Below, piece by piece: positions 31,919 through 47,229 of a stretch of 64,000 nt of DNA. The stretch's first letter is position 1. Each line of letters opens with the position of its first letter. The stretch is from an uncultured delta proteobacterium (GTDB lineage Bacteria > Myxococcota_A > UBA9160 > UBA4427): the NCBI GenBank assembly GCA_963822965.1, contig CAWGJT010000009.1, forward strand, positions 64,001 through 128,000. The letters run 5' to 3'. The notes beneath the pieces were generated by a model that saw only the letters and a program-made list of their open reading frames with translations, ran no database searches and was not told the DNA's origin. A program made the translations under genes and the position numbers.

Positions 31919-33413
31919 TCAACGGGGCCAGAGCCAGCGCGCGTCGATCCGCTGCAGCAGCCACGGCAGATCGCCGTAGAGGTAGAGCCCGGCGACGGCG
32001 GCGACGATCCACGGTCTCGCCCGCGCCGGCGACAGCGCGCCGATCGACCACGCGACCATTCCGTAGAGCGGAACGAGCACCGGAAACAGATAGCGCCCCT
32101 GCAGGGCGAGCTCGACGTAGCGGGAGGTCTGGTAGGTGGGATAGTTGACGAACCACATCAACACGAACACATAGCCGGCGACGAGGAAGGCAGCGTCCAC
32201 CGGCACGCCGAAGGCTGCACCGGGACGCCAGCGGGCCGCGGCGAGCACCGCCGCGAGCGCCAGCACCGCGCAGTAGGGCATGAGCAGGGCGTCGCTCTTC
32301 AGGGCGCGCCGGTGCCCGAGATAGCCGACGCTGGACTTCAGCATGCTGAAGCCCCAGACCGGCACGTAGGCGGCGCGGCCCATCACCGACGACTCCGGGA
32401 GCTGGGCGGTCTTCAGCAGGAAGAGCGTATCGCCGCGGTCCCCCGCGTGGCGGATTCGCTGGGCCTGACGTCGGGCCTCGGCGATGTCGATCTCGCCGGA
32501 GCGGAAGCGCTCCAGGATGCGGGATCGGGCGAAGACGCGGTTCTGCATGGCGTTCTGCTCGCCGACGACCTGGTCGAAGCCCGGACGCAGCTTGCCGTAG
32601 TGCAGCAGGTTGCCGCCGTAGAGCGCGAGCACGAAGGCGGCGAGGAGCGCCACGCTCGCCGCCAGGGCGAGGGTGCGTGCTCCGGCGCCGCGCGACGCCT
32701 CCGCCAGGGCGCTCGACCACGACCGCCAGTGCCGGCCTTCCCGCGCGAGGAGCAGCACCACGAGCAGGAAGCCGAGGGGCAGGAACGTGCGCTTCGCGAG
32801 GCACCCCGCCAGCACCAGGGCGCCGAAGGCCAGCAGCCAGTCGGGTCGGCGCGTCGAGCCGCAGGCGGGTCGACGCCAGGACGGCCGCCGTCGCCAGGAA
32901 GTTCGCCCCGTTGTCGTAGCTGAGGCTGGCCGAGAGCCCGGTGAACATGAGCGTGTTCGTGAGCATCGCCGTGAACAGGACCCGCGCCCAGGGGCTGCTG
33001 CACCAGTCGCGCATCCAGACGATTCCCATCCCGACGATGCCCAGACCGAGCACGCCGTTCAGGAGCCGCCCGAAGATCAGGTCCGGCAGCGGCACCACGT
33101 TCAAGGCGAGGCCCCGGGCCATCACCCAGTAGTAGAGCCAGGGACGATGGTCGACGAGGCCGTACTCGAAGGTGGCCGGACCGTTGTCGGGCACGCCCCA
33201 GACCTTCGCGTAGGCGAAGACCCGTCCCAGGTGGGTGACTTCGTCCGGGGGCACGAAGGGATGGAGCTCGACCGCCATCCACGCGACGCGCCCCACGAAC
33301 CAGCAGAGCAGGAGCGCGTGGGCGGCCAGCTCCCAACGCGGAAGACGGGCGGTCGGGCTGCGATCGGCGCCCGGGGCGTCCGGCTCGCGCGCCCGGGCTG
33401 CGGGGGCGGACAC
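31919..33413 (-). CDS. Multi-TM putative GT-C protein (DUF2142-like; frameshifted)
   Basis: VPPDEVTH after TM1, HRPWLYY, LSYDN, LQGRYLFP. Confidence 0.6.
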
Positions 33414-33420
33414 CCGGCGT

Positions 33421-35279
<1,859 letters not shown>

Positions 35280-35376
35280 GCTCGATCTCCCGCTCGCAAA
35301 CGGCCCCAGGCCGCCCGCGTTGGGGGCCGCCGGTACGACCGTCGTTCCCGAATCGTCGACGAATCCGACCCCGGGT

Positions 35377-36798
35377 CTACTCGCCGCCCTCTTCCCCGCC
35401 CGCTTCCCGCCCCTCTTGCCGGGCGTCTTCCTTCACTGCCCCTGCTTCTTTCGCCTCCCGGGCGCGCTGGGCACGGGACTCGCGACGCGCGCTCCAGCCC
35501 TCCACGTTCCGCTGGCGCGCCCGGGCCACCGCCAGGGCGCCTTCGGGCACCTCGAGGTTGATGGTCGAGCCGGCCGCCAGGAACGCGCCGTTCCGGATCG
35601 TCACCGGAGAGAGCAGGTTCACGTTGCAGCCGATGAACACGTCGTCGCCGACCGAGGTGCGGTACTTCGCGATGCCGTCGTAGTTCACCACCACGCTGCC
35701 ACAGCCGAAGTTGACCCGCTCCCCCACGTCGGCGTCGCCGATGTAGGTCAGGTGAGACGCCTTGGTTCCCTCGCCCAGCACGGCGTTCTTCACCTCGACG
35801 AAGTTGCCGATGCGCACCCCCCGGCACAGGTGGCAGTTCGGACGCAGGTGCGCGTTCGGTCCGATCACCACCTCGTCGTCCAGTCGGCTCGACTCGAGGG
35901 TGCGTGTACGCCTTGATGTGACAGCCTTCGCCGATGACCGTGTCGCCGAGGATCTGGCATCCCGGCTCGATCACGGTATCCCGCCCGATGCGGACGTCCA
36001 CGTCGATGTAGGTGCACGCGGGATCCACCAGGGTGACGCCTTCGGCCATCCAGTGCGAGGCGATGCGCCGGCGCAGCACGCGCCACGGCGGCCGCCAGCT
36101 CCTCCCGGGTGTTGATCCCCAGGCACTCGTCGGCGTCCGCGAGCGGAATCGCCGCGACCCGCTTGCCGCTGCGCACGGACGATTCCACCACGTCCGTGAG
36201 GTAGAGCTCGCCCTGGGCGTTCGCGGCGTCGAGACGCGCGAGCCCGCTGCGCAGGAGCTGCGCATCCAGGAGGTAGACGCCGGTGTTGCGTTCGCGGATC
36301 GCGAGCTCTTCGTCCGTCGCGTCCTGCTGCTCGACGACGCGCTCCACCCGACCCACGGCGTCGCGCAGGATGCGACCGGGAATCGAGGGCGCCTCGGCGG
36401 TGAGGATCACCAGGTCGGCGCCGCTGCGCTGCTTCTCGGCCTGCATGGCCCGCAGGCTCTCGGCGCGCAGGAGCGGCACGTCGGCGTAGAGGACGAGCAC
36501 GTCGCCCTGGAAGTCCGCCGAGCTTCGGCTCGGCCTGCAGGACCGCGTGGCCCGTCCCCTTCTGCTCGGCCTGCAGGACGAACTCGCAGCGGCCGGCGAA
36601 CCGCGCCTGGACCTCCTCGGCGTCCTTCCCGATCACCACGACGAGGCGTTCGGGCGCCAGGGCCTCGGCGGCGGCGAGGACGTGCGCCAGCATCGGGCGG
36701 CCGCACAGCTCGTGCAGCACCTTGGCCCGCCGGGACTTCATCCGCGTGCCCCGGCCGGCGGCCAGCACGATCACGGCCAGGTTCCCCGGCACGGTCAC
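35377..36798 (-). CDS. glmU: Bifunctional UDP-GlcNAc pyrophosphorylase/glucosamine-1-P acetyltransferase (frameshifted)
   Basis: [47 protein letters not shown], hexapeptide repeats. Confidence 0.95.
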
Positions 36799-37028
36799 CT
36801 CGAGCCGCTCCGCGGCTTCTCATGGGTGTTGCGCATGTTCTTCATTTCTTCGGCCGTCGCGGCGGGATTCGTGACTCACCGGGGTCGCGCTCCCCGACAG
36901 GGAAGTGGCCCCGAGGCCCAGGAGGTTACCCCGACGGCGTTGGGCCGGCTCCCCCGGGGCATCCAGATCGCTCCCGTTGCCACGCCTGCACCCCGTTCCT
37001 ACGATCCTGCCACCCCGAGGAGCCTCAC

Positions 37029-38776
<1,748 letters not shown>

Positions 38777-38841
38777 AGCCCTGCAAGCCCTGCCCGGGGA
38801 AGGGCGGCGGGCGAGCCGAACGGGCGATCGAGGGGGATGAG

Positions 38842-39859
<1,018 letters not shown>

Positions 39860-39978
39860 CGGACCGGACCGGCAGCCTGACGCGTCGCGCTATGTCCCCG
39901 GGGGTCGTCGGCTCGACGTATCCCTCGTTTTCTGACCCTAAGAATGCCTCCAGAGTGGCCTGAATTGCGCCAGAGCCC

Positions 39979-40006
39979 TTGACGCAATGACGCATCGTGT
40001 TATTTT
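39979..40006 (+). promoter_or_regulatory. Candidate sigma70 promoter for the phasin-like gene
   Basis: TTGACG-16 nt-TATTTT with an extended TG, in an AT-rich patch; overlaps the direct repeat TGACGCA-A-TGACGCA. Confidence 0.45.
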
Positions 40007-40107
40007 CCCCGTCAGACAACGCAGCGCGTTGTGGCAACGGGTTCTGATCATCGCTCCGAGAAGCCCGTACGAATCGGAGCGGCAAGCAAGCAGGAGAGGA
40101 GATCGCC

Positions 40108-40530
40108 ATGCAGGAACGAGCCACGATTTTCGACGAGGGAATCGACCGCGTCCAGGAGGCCTGGAGCTCGGTCGAGGACGAGTTCGGGAAGCTCCAGAAG
40201 AACCTCGAGAAGCGCCGGAAGCGACTCGAGAAGGAGGCCGAGAAGCAGGTCAAGCGCTTCGAGAAGACCCCCTTCGGCAAGCGGGTCGTCTCCCTCCGCG
40301 AGGACACCCAGAAGCAGCTCGAGAGCACCCAGAAGCAGATCGAGAGCGGCATCGAGAGCCTCCTCGGGCTGCTCCCGGTGGCTTCGAGCGCCGAGGTGAA
40401 GCGACTCGAGCGCAAGATCGCGACGCTGACCCGGAAGGTGAACGCCCTCGAGAAGGCCAGCGCCGGCAAGCCGAAGTCGACGTCTGGCGCCTCCAGCGCC
40501 GGGCACAGCGGGGCGCAGGCGTCCGCCTGA
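40108..40530 (+). CDS. Phasin/PHA-granule-associated (PhaF/PhaI-like) coiled-coil protein
   Basis: AGGAGAGGAG SD, amphipathic coiled coil, C-terminal LPVASSAEVKRLERKIATLTRKVNALEK. Confidence 0.6.
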   Translation: MQERATIFDEGIDRVQEAWSSVEDEFGKLQKNLEKRRKRLEKEAEKQVKRFEKTPFGKRVVSLREDTQKQLESTQKQIESGIESLLGLLPVASSAEVKRLERKIATLTRKVNALEKASAGKPKSTSGASSAGHSGAQASA

Positions 40531-40577
40531 CGAAACCCCGAGGCGCCTTCCGGGCGCCGATCGCTTCGGCGAGAAAG

Positions 40578-40616
40578 GACGGGCCCGGCGCTCCAACGCC
40601 GGGCCCGTCTTGCGTT
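40578..40616 (+). terminator. Stem-loop, probable terminator
   Basis: Perfect 13-bp stem GACGGGCCCGGCG/CGCCGGGCCCGTC with a 6-nt loop and a weak U tail. Confidence 0.6.
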
Positions 40617-40694
40617 CGCTACCCTGGCGCTCTCGGGAAGCCAGCCCCGGCACCCGCATCGATCGATCGGGACCCGCTGCAACGGAGACCCCCC

Positions 40695-41869
40695 GTGGCC
40701 GACTACAAAGGCGTCGACTTCCTCCGTCTCGACGAGACCCAGCTCAGCGAAGAGGAGTGCGTCGTCCGCGACTCGGTTCGCGACTGGGTCTCGAAGGAGT
40801 TCCTGCCCCGCCTCCAGGAGCACGTGCGCCGGGACGGATCCTTCCCGATGGAGCTCGTGCCCGCAGATCGCCGAGCTCGGCATGTTCGGCGCGAACCTCA
40901 CGGGCTACGGCTGCGCGGGCATGAACAACGTCGCGTACGGCCTGCTGATGCAGGAGCTGGAGCGGGGCGACTCGGGGCTGCGCTCGTTCGCGTCCGTGCA
41001 GGGCTCCCTGTGCATGTATCCGATCCACGCCTACGGCTCGCGAGGAGCAGCGGCAGCGCTGGCTGCCGGGCATGGCCGCCGGCGAGATCATCGGCTGCTT
41101 CGGCCTGACGGAGCCCGACTTCGGCAGCTTCGTGACGGGCATGGCCACCCGGGCCGAGCGCAAGGGCGACGGCTGGGTGCTGAACGGCACCAAGCGCTGG
41201 ATCACCAACGGCAGTCTGGCCCACGTCGCCATCGTGTGGGCCAAGGACGACGAAGGCGTCGTGCGCGGCTTCCTGGTGGAGACCGACCGACCGGGCTTCG
41301 AGGCCCGGGACATCAAAGGCAAGTTCTCCCTGCGGGCTTCGGTCACCTCCGAGCTCTTCCTGCAGGACGTGCAGCTACCCGACACCAGCCGCCTCGCGGG
41401 CGTCGAAGGCCTGCGCGGGCCCCTCTCCTGCCTCACCCAGGCGCGCTACGGCATCGCCTGGGGCGCCATCGGCGCCGCCATGGCGTGCTACGACGAAGCG
41501 CTCGAGTACACGAAGGAGCGCATCGTCCAGGGCGGCCCGCTCGCCAGCAAGCAGCTGACCCAGCAGAAGCTGGTCTTCATGCTGACCGAGATCACGAAGG
41601 CCCAGCTCCTGGCCCTGCAGCTCGGACGCCTGAAGGACGCCGGCCGCTACGACCACACCATGGTGTCCATGGCCAAGCGGAACAACGTGGACGTGGCGCT
41701 GCAGATCGCCCGGGAGGCCCGCGACCTGCTGGGCGCCAACGGCATCGTCGACGACTACTCGGCCATGCGCCACATGGTCAACCTCGAGACCGTCCGCACC
41801 TACGAGGGCACCCACGACGTCCACATGCTGATCCTCGGCGAGCACATCACCGGCATGCGGGCGATCTGA
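40695..41869 (+). CDS. Acyl-CoA dehydrogenase, glutaryl-CoA dehydrogenase-like (frameshifted)
   Basis: [67 protein letters not shown]. Confidence 0.9.
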
Positions 41870-41890
41870 GCCGGTCCTCCGGGCGCCGAA

Positions 41891-42325
41891 ATGGCCAGCT
41901 GGCAGTGGTTCGGCCGCGTTCACCGCGGGCTCTACCGCGCGACCCACGGGCGCATCGGGGCGCGCCTGGCCGGGCTGCCGATGCTGCTGCTCACCACGAC
42001 CGGACGGAGGTCCGGCGATCCGCGCACCACCCCCCTCAGCTTCATGCCCGACGGCGACGACTTCGTGGTCGTGGGATCGAACAACGGTGGGCCCCGCGAC
42101 CCGGCCTGGTGGCTCAACCTGCAGCAGCGGCCCGAGGCCGAGATCCAGGTGGGCCGCGATCGCTTCGCGGTCCGCGCCGAGCGAGCGACGGGGGCCGAAC
42201 GCGAACGCCTCTGGCCCCGGCTGAAGGAATTCAATCGCGCCTACCGCCGCTACGAAGCAAAGACCCGCCGCGAGATCCCCGTGGTGAAGCTGCGGAAGAT
42301 CGCGGGCTCGCCGGCAGACGCCTGA
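41891..42325 (+). CDS. Deazaflavin (F420H2)-dependent nitroreductase/quinone reductase family
   Basis: [48 protein letters not shown]. Confidence 0.88.
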   Translation: MASWQWFGRVHRGLYRATHGRIGARLAGLPMLLLTTTGRRSGDPRTTPLSFMPDGDDFVVVGSNNGGPRDPAWWLNLQQRPEAEIQVGRDRFAVRAERATGAERERLWPRLKEFNRAYRRYEAKTRREIPVVKLRKIAGSPADA

Positions 42326-42328
42326 GCG

Positions 42329-43171
42329 TCAGCGCGGAGCGGGCCGGGTGGCGTGGGCCTCGCGCACGGCGGCGGCCACGTTGTCGCCGTTGCGGTCGAG
42401 CAGGCGCTGGGCCTCTTCCGCCTCCACCCCGGCGAGCTGGACGACGATACGGACCGCTCGCGCCCGGAGCTTGTCGTTCACCGGCGTCACGTTCGTCATC
42501 AGGTTTCCCTGCACGCGGCCGAGCTGCACCATCACCGTGGTGGAGAGCAGGTGGAGCACCATCTTCTGGGCCAGGCCACCCTTCAGGCGGGTGGAGCCCG
42601 CGATCACCTCGGGACCCACCTCGGGCACGATCGCGATCTCGGCACCGTCGGCGAGCGGCGATCCCTTCGCGCAGGTGATGGCGATGCGGCGAGCGCCCGC
42701 GGCGTGGGCGGCCTCGAACGCTCCCAGCGCGTAGGGGGTGCGGCCGCTGGCGGAGATCGCGACGACCGCGTCTCCCAGGCGGAGCCCCCGTTCGCGCAGC
42801 TCCCAGGCGGCCGCCTCGGCGTTGTCCTCCGCCCCTTCCACCGCCTCGCGGAGCGCCCGGTCGCCGCCGGCGATCACGGCCTGGACGACGTGGGGGGGCA
42901 TGCCGAAGGTGGGCGGAATCTCCGAGGCGTCGAGCACCCCCATGCGCCCGCTGGTCCCCGCACCGACGTTGAACCAGCGCCCACCGCCCCGGAGCGAGCA
43001 GACCAGCACGTCCACGGCCCGGGCGATGTCCGGCAGCACGCGCCCCACGGCGGCGTGAGCCAGGGCGTCCTCGCGATGCATGAGCCGCAGCACGTCCTCG
43101 ACGCTCTGCTGGTCGAGATTGCGGGCTTCGTCGAGGATCGCCTCGGTGGGGGAGTCGTTCGCCTCGGTCAT
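42329..43171 (-). CDS. murQ: N-acetylmuramic acid 6-phosphate etherase
   Basis: [55 protein letters not shown]. Confidence 0.93.
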   Translation of the reverse strand: MTEANDSPTEAILDEARNLDQQSVEDVLRLMHREDALAHAAVGRVLPDIARAVDVLVCSLRGGGRWFNVGAGTSGRMGVLDASEIPPTFGMPPHVVQAVIAGGDRALREAVEGAEDNAEAAAWELRERGLRLGDAVVAISASGRTPYALGAFEAAHAAGARRIAITCAKGSPLADGAEIAIVPEVGPEVIAGSTRLKGGLAQKMVLHLLSTTVMVQLGRVQGNLMTNVTPVNDKLRARAVRIVVQLAGVEAEEAQRLLDRNGDNVAAAVREAHATRPAPR

Positions 43172-43267
43172 GGCCTGTCGTTTCGGAAGGCCGCCCGGCG
43201 AATCTGAAGCCCGATCGCCGCTACCCTCGCCCCGCGAGCCGCCGCGTGATTCGCCCATGAGACCTCC

Positions 43268-45736
43268 ATGATGCAGAAAACTCTCGAAAGCCTCGAATGG
43301 GTGGAGGTCACGAGCCGGCTGCGCGCCGAGTGTCGCACTCCCCAGGCTCGCGCGTGGCTGCCCGCGCGGACCGGCGGAACGGCCGATGAGGGGGTCGAGC
43401 AAGACCCCGAATCACCGGCGGCGGCTGCCGCCCCGGAGCCTCGCTTTCGCGAGCTCGCGACCGGTCTGCCCGAGGTGCGGGCGCGTCTCGCGGAGACCAG
43501 CGAAGCACGGGCCCTGCTCGACGCCGGGAAGGTGCCGCCCCTGGGCGGCGTCCACGACCTCGCGGCCGCGTTCCGGCGAGCGGGCAAGGGAGGATCCATG
43601 TCTCCCGACGAGCTTCTCGAGGTGCGCTCGACGCTGCTGGCCCTGCAGGAGACCGCGCGCTTCCTGGCGGCGGCCCGGGAGGCCGCCCCCCGGCTGGCCG
43701 AGCGGGCAGACGTGATCTCGGATCACCGGGCCCTCGCGCGAGAGATCGACCGGGCCATCGACCCGGGCGGCGAGGTGCGCGACGACGCCTCCCCCGAGCT
43801 GGCGACGGCGCGCCGGGACAGCCAGCAGCTGGCGTCCGAGCTGCAGCGACGTCTCGCCCGCTACCTGCAGGACCCGGACGTCGCGCCGAGCCTCTCCGAC
43901 GACTTCTATACCGTGCGCAACGACCGCTACGTGCTCCCGGTGCGATCGGATGCCCGGAGCGCCGTGCGCGGCATCGTGCACGACGCCTCTCGTTCCGGCA
44001 CCACGATCTTCGTGGAGCCCGAAGCCGTGGTCGAGCTGAACAACCGTCTGAAGCAGGCAGAGCTCGCGGCCGCCCGGGAGGTGGAGCGCGTGCTGCGAGC
44101 CCTCACGCGGAGCGTCGCCCTGCAGGCGTCCGTCGTGCGCGGCGACCTCGACATGCTCGCCGCCATCGATCTCGCCTTCGCCCGGGGCCGCCTCTCCCAG
44201 CAGATGCAGGCGACCGAGCCGCAGGTGGACACGGACGGGGTCTTCCACCTGCCGCAGCTGCGGCACCCCCTGCTGGACCCGCGAGAGGCCGTGCCCAACG
44301 ACCTGCACCTCGGGGAGAGCTGGCACGTGTTGGTGATCTCGGGCCCCAACGCCGGGGGCAAGACCGTGGCCCTCAAGGCCCTGGGGCTCGCGGCCCTGCT
44401 CGCGCGAGCCGGACTGCACGTGCCCGCCGCGCCGGGCGCCCGGGTGGCGCTCGTGGACCGGGTGATCGCCGACATCGGCGACGGTCAGGACATGCGCGAG
44501 AGCCTCTCCACCTTCTCGGCGCACATGGTGAACCTCGCGCGCATCGTGCGAACGGCCTCGAGGAACACCCTCGCCCTGCTGGACGAGGTGGGGGTGGGCA
44601 CCGACCCCGGCGAAGGCGCAGCCCTCGCCCAGGCCGTGCTCGAAGCGTTGGCCGACGCGGGCAGCCGGGTCGTCGCCACCACCCACTACAACCTGCTCAA
44701 GGAGATGGCGGCCGTCGACCCGCGCTTCTGCAACGCCAGCGTCGACTTCGACCCGGAGACCCTCGCACCCACCTATCGCCTCCACCTCGGCACCCCGGGC
44801 GCCTCCTCGGCCACTGCGGTGGCCGCGCGCATGGGCATGCCCTCGAAGGTGCTCGACCGCGCCAACGCGTTGCTGTCCCGCGAGGACCGGCGTCTCGACC
44901 AGATCCTCTCGGAGCTCTCGTCCAGCCGCGCCACGCTCGAGACCGAGCAACGCGAGGCGAAGGCGGCGCGAGCCGAGAGCGAGGGGCTGCGCAACGAGTA
45001 CCGGGAGAAGCTCGAGCGCCTGCAGGAGCGGCGCGACGCGCTCTTCCTGTCCATGCGGGAAGACCTCGACCGCGCCTTCAAGGAGGCCCATGCCGAGGTG
45101 GCCGGCGTCATCCGCGACCTCCAGCGCGGAGGCTCCGCCCGCGACGCTGCGGCCGCGCGCGCACGCCTGCAGGCGCTCGAAGAGGAGGCGCGCCGGGCCG
45201 AGCAGGAGGTCGGTCTCGAGCGCCGGGGGAAAGGAGCCCGTACGCTCGACTGGCGCAGCGCTCGCGCAGGGGACACGGTGGGGATCCCGGGCGGGGGTGC
45301 CGGCGTGCTGCAGTCCCTGCCGGATCGCCAGGGTCGCGTCCGCGTCCGGGTGGGAGCCGCGACGCTCGTGGTGCCCGCCGATCGCGTCACCGCGGCGACC
45401 GGGGGCGAGATCGCGAAGCCCGCGACGCCGCGGGTGCGAGTGGACCGGGCGGAGCACCCGGCGAGCGAGGCAACGATTCAGCTCGGGGGCACCCTGCACT
45501 GCGATCTGCGCGGCCTGCGGGCAGAGGAGGCTCGGGAGCGCGTCGCGGAGGCCCTGGATCGCGCCCTGGCCGACGACCGCGCCGCCGTCGAGTTCGTCCA
45601 CGGCGTGGGCACGGGCGCGCTGCGGCGCGTGGTGCGCGAGACGCTGGCCGAGTCGCCCTGGGTCACCGACGTCGCGGGCGGCGACCCCGATCACGGCGGC
45701 GAAGGGGTCACCACCGCGTTCCTCGGTCGCGCTTGA
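43268..45736 (+). CDS. mutS2: Endonuclease MutS2 with KOW and Smr domains
   Basis: SRSGTTIFVEP, ISGPNAGGKT, SLSTFSAH, LLDEVGVGTDPGEG, TTHY, DLRG...VHGVGTGALR...GGEGVT. Confidence 0.95.
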   Translation: MMQKTLESLEWVEVTSRLRAECRTPQARAWLPARTGGTADEGVEQDPESPAAAAAPEPRFRELATGLPEVRARLAETSEARALLDAGKVPPLGGVHDLAAAFRRAGKGGSMSPDELLEVRSTLLALQETARFLAAAREAAPRLAERADVISDHRALAREIDRAIDPGGEVRDDASPELATARRDSQQLASELQRRLARYLQDPDVAPSLSDDFYTVRNDRYVLPVRSDARSAVRGIVHDASRSGTTIFVEPEAVVELNNRLKQAELAAAREVERVLRALTRSVALQASVVRGDLDMLAAIDLAFARGRLSQQMQATEPQVDTDGVFHLPQLRHPLLDPREAVPNDLHLGESWHVLVISGPNAGGKTVALKALGLAALLARAGLHVPAAPGARVALVDRVIADIGDGQDMRESLSTFSAHMVNLARIVRTASRNTLALLDEVGVGTDPGEGAALAQAVLEALADAGSRVVATTHYNLLKEMAAVDPRFCNASVDFDPETLAPTYRLHLGTPGASSATAVAARMGMPSKVLDRANALLSREDRRLDQILSELSSSRATLETEQREAKAARAESEGLRNEYREKLERLQERRDALFLSMREDLDRAFKEAHAEVAGVIRDLQRGGSARDAAAARARLQALEEEARRAEQEVGLERRGKGARTLDWRSARAGDTVGIPGGGAGVLQSLPDRQGRVRVRVGAATLVVPADRVTAATGGEIAKPATPRVRVDRAEHPASEATIQLGGTLHCDLRGLRAEEARERVAEALDRALADDRAAVEFVHGVGTGALRRVVRETLAESPWVTDVAGGDPDHGGEGVTTAFLGRA

Positions 45737-45745
45737 CCGGACGCT

Positions 45746-47164
45746 TCAGGGCGTGCGGTCGAGATCGGCCAGCAGGGCGTCGGCGGCACGGGCTCCGCTC
45801 GAGACGGCATCCTCGAAGCGGGGGCCCGCCAGGTAGTCGCCGGCGAAGTAGAGGCGGCGGCCGAGCCCACGGCGATCCTGCTGCACGTTCTGGAAGCGGG
45901 CCATCTCACGATAGGCGCCCACCTCGAACCGGGGCACTCCGCCGCCGTGGCGATGCAGCTGCGAGAAGCGCCGGGAACGCGCCACGCCCGGCAGCAGCCC
46001 CGCCAGCGCTTCGTACAGCTCGCGCTCGAGGGCGTCGTCGGAATCGTCCGCACGCTGCACGGCGAAGCGCTGGGTGGCGGACAGCGTCACCAGACCCGTC
46101 CCTTCCGGCGCCCGGGAGCCGGGGAAGCCCGGCTCCACCAGCATCACCTCGATGGGCTGGCGTTCGCGGTGGGGAATGCGCACGAGCTCGGGCAGCCCCG
46201 TGAGCGGGCGGTCGCAGGCGACGCTCAGCCCCACGAGCGGTCCGAAGCGGACGCCCGCGAAGAAGTCGCGCTCCGCGGGCGTGATCAGCGGGCGGGCGAT
46301 TCGCGCCGCTTCCGCGGCGTTCGTAGCGAGGACCAGCGCGTCCAGCTCGAAGCGCTCGTCGCCCGCGGCGCCGCTGCAGGAAAGGGCCAGCCGGCCCGAG
46401 GCCTGCTGCTCCACCCGCTCGGCGCGCATGCCCCTTCGAACCTCGAGCTTCGTCGCGGCGGCTTCGGCCACCAGGCCCAGCCCGCCGGTGGCGAGACCGC
46501 ACTGGGCAGCGCCCGCGAGACACTGCCGCCAGTGCAGCAGGAAGCAGACGCGCGAGAGCTGCGCCTCGTCTCCCAGGGTGTCCGCGGTGACGCGGGGGGT
46601 GACGAAGTGCTCGAAGACGCTCTCGCCGAAGTAGAGCCGCGCGAAGTCCGCCACGCTGCGGTAGTCGAGGGACGCAGCGCGCTCCGGCCGTGCGGGATCG
46701 AGCAACGGCGCATAGCGTCGCATCAGCCGCGGCAATCTCAGCAGCCTCGCACGATCCCGCAGCCGCACGCCGGGAGTCCGCGCGATCTCGCCCAGGCTGC
46801 GCGCGGGGGTCGAGACGATGCGTCCCGCGTGCAGCTGCGCGGTGTGGACGGGCCGCAGGGGCAACAGCCGCGGCGCGGTGCCGACCTGTCGCATGAAGTG
46901 CAGCAGAGCGCGATCCTCGAACGACACGACCTGGAGCGAGCGGTCCAGCGAGAAGCCTTCCCGCTGCGCGAGCGTCGCCTTGCCCCCCACCTCGTCGCGC
47001 GCCTCGACCACCAGGACGCGCGCTCCGGCGTCCTGCAGGGCCGCAGCGGCCCGCAGCCCCGAGAGGCCCGCACCCACGACGCCGATGCGGCGGCCGCTGG
47101 CGCGGCCGTCGCGCGCCGCGCCGGCTCCGGTCTCCGTGACGGGCGATGTGCGGGGGGCTTCCAA
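45746..47164 (-). CDS. FAD-dependent oxidoreductase, protoporphyrinogen oxidase/amine oxidase family
   Basis: VVGAGLSGL...EARDEVGG dinucleotide-binding motif; C-terminal FAGDYLAGPRFEDAVSSG. Confidence 0.8.
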   Translation of the reverse strand: MEAPRTSPVTETGAGAARDGRASGRRIGVVGAGLSGLRAAAALQDAGARVLVVEARDEVGGKATLAQREGFSLDRSLQVVSFEDRALLHFMRQVGTAPRLLPLRPVHTAQLHAGRIVSTPARSLGEIARTPGVRLRDRARLLRLPRLMRRYAPLLDPARPERAASLDYRSVADFARLYFGESVFEHFVTPRVTADTLGDEAQLSRVCFLLHWRQCLAGAAQCGLATGGLGLVAEAAATKLEVRRGMRAERVEQQASGRLALSCSGAAGDERFELDALVLATNAAEAARIARPLITPAERDFFAGVRFGPLVGLSVACDRPLTGLPELVRIPHRERQPIEVMLVEPGFPGSRAPEGTGLVTLSATQRFAVQRADDSDDALERELYEALAGLLPGVARSRRFSQLHRHGGGVPRFEVGAYREMARFQNVQQDRRGLGRRLYFAGDYLAGPRFEDAVSSGARAADALLADLDRTP

Positions 47165-47229
47165 GGCGGCTCCTGGGTCGCGCGGGCGCGCAGCTTAGCC
47201 CGGATCGCTCGCGAAGCCCCGATTCCGGA

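Noticed and set aside
35280..35376. glmS ribozyme upstream of glmS
   Set aside because: The gap is short and I could not see the conserved ribozyme core; it looks like an ordinary operon spacer with an SD.
36795..36845. 16-aa upstream ORF ([16 protein letters not shown]) overlapping the glmU start
   Set aside because: No SD, and the region is error-prone; it could be chance or a frameshifted N-terminal extension.
45746..47164. Assigning hemY/hemG to the FAD oxidoreductase
   Set aside because: Only family-level motifs are visible and there are no neighbouring hem genes.
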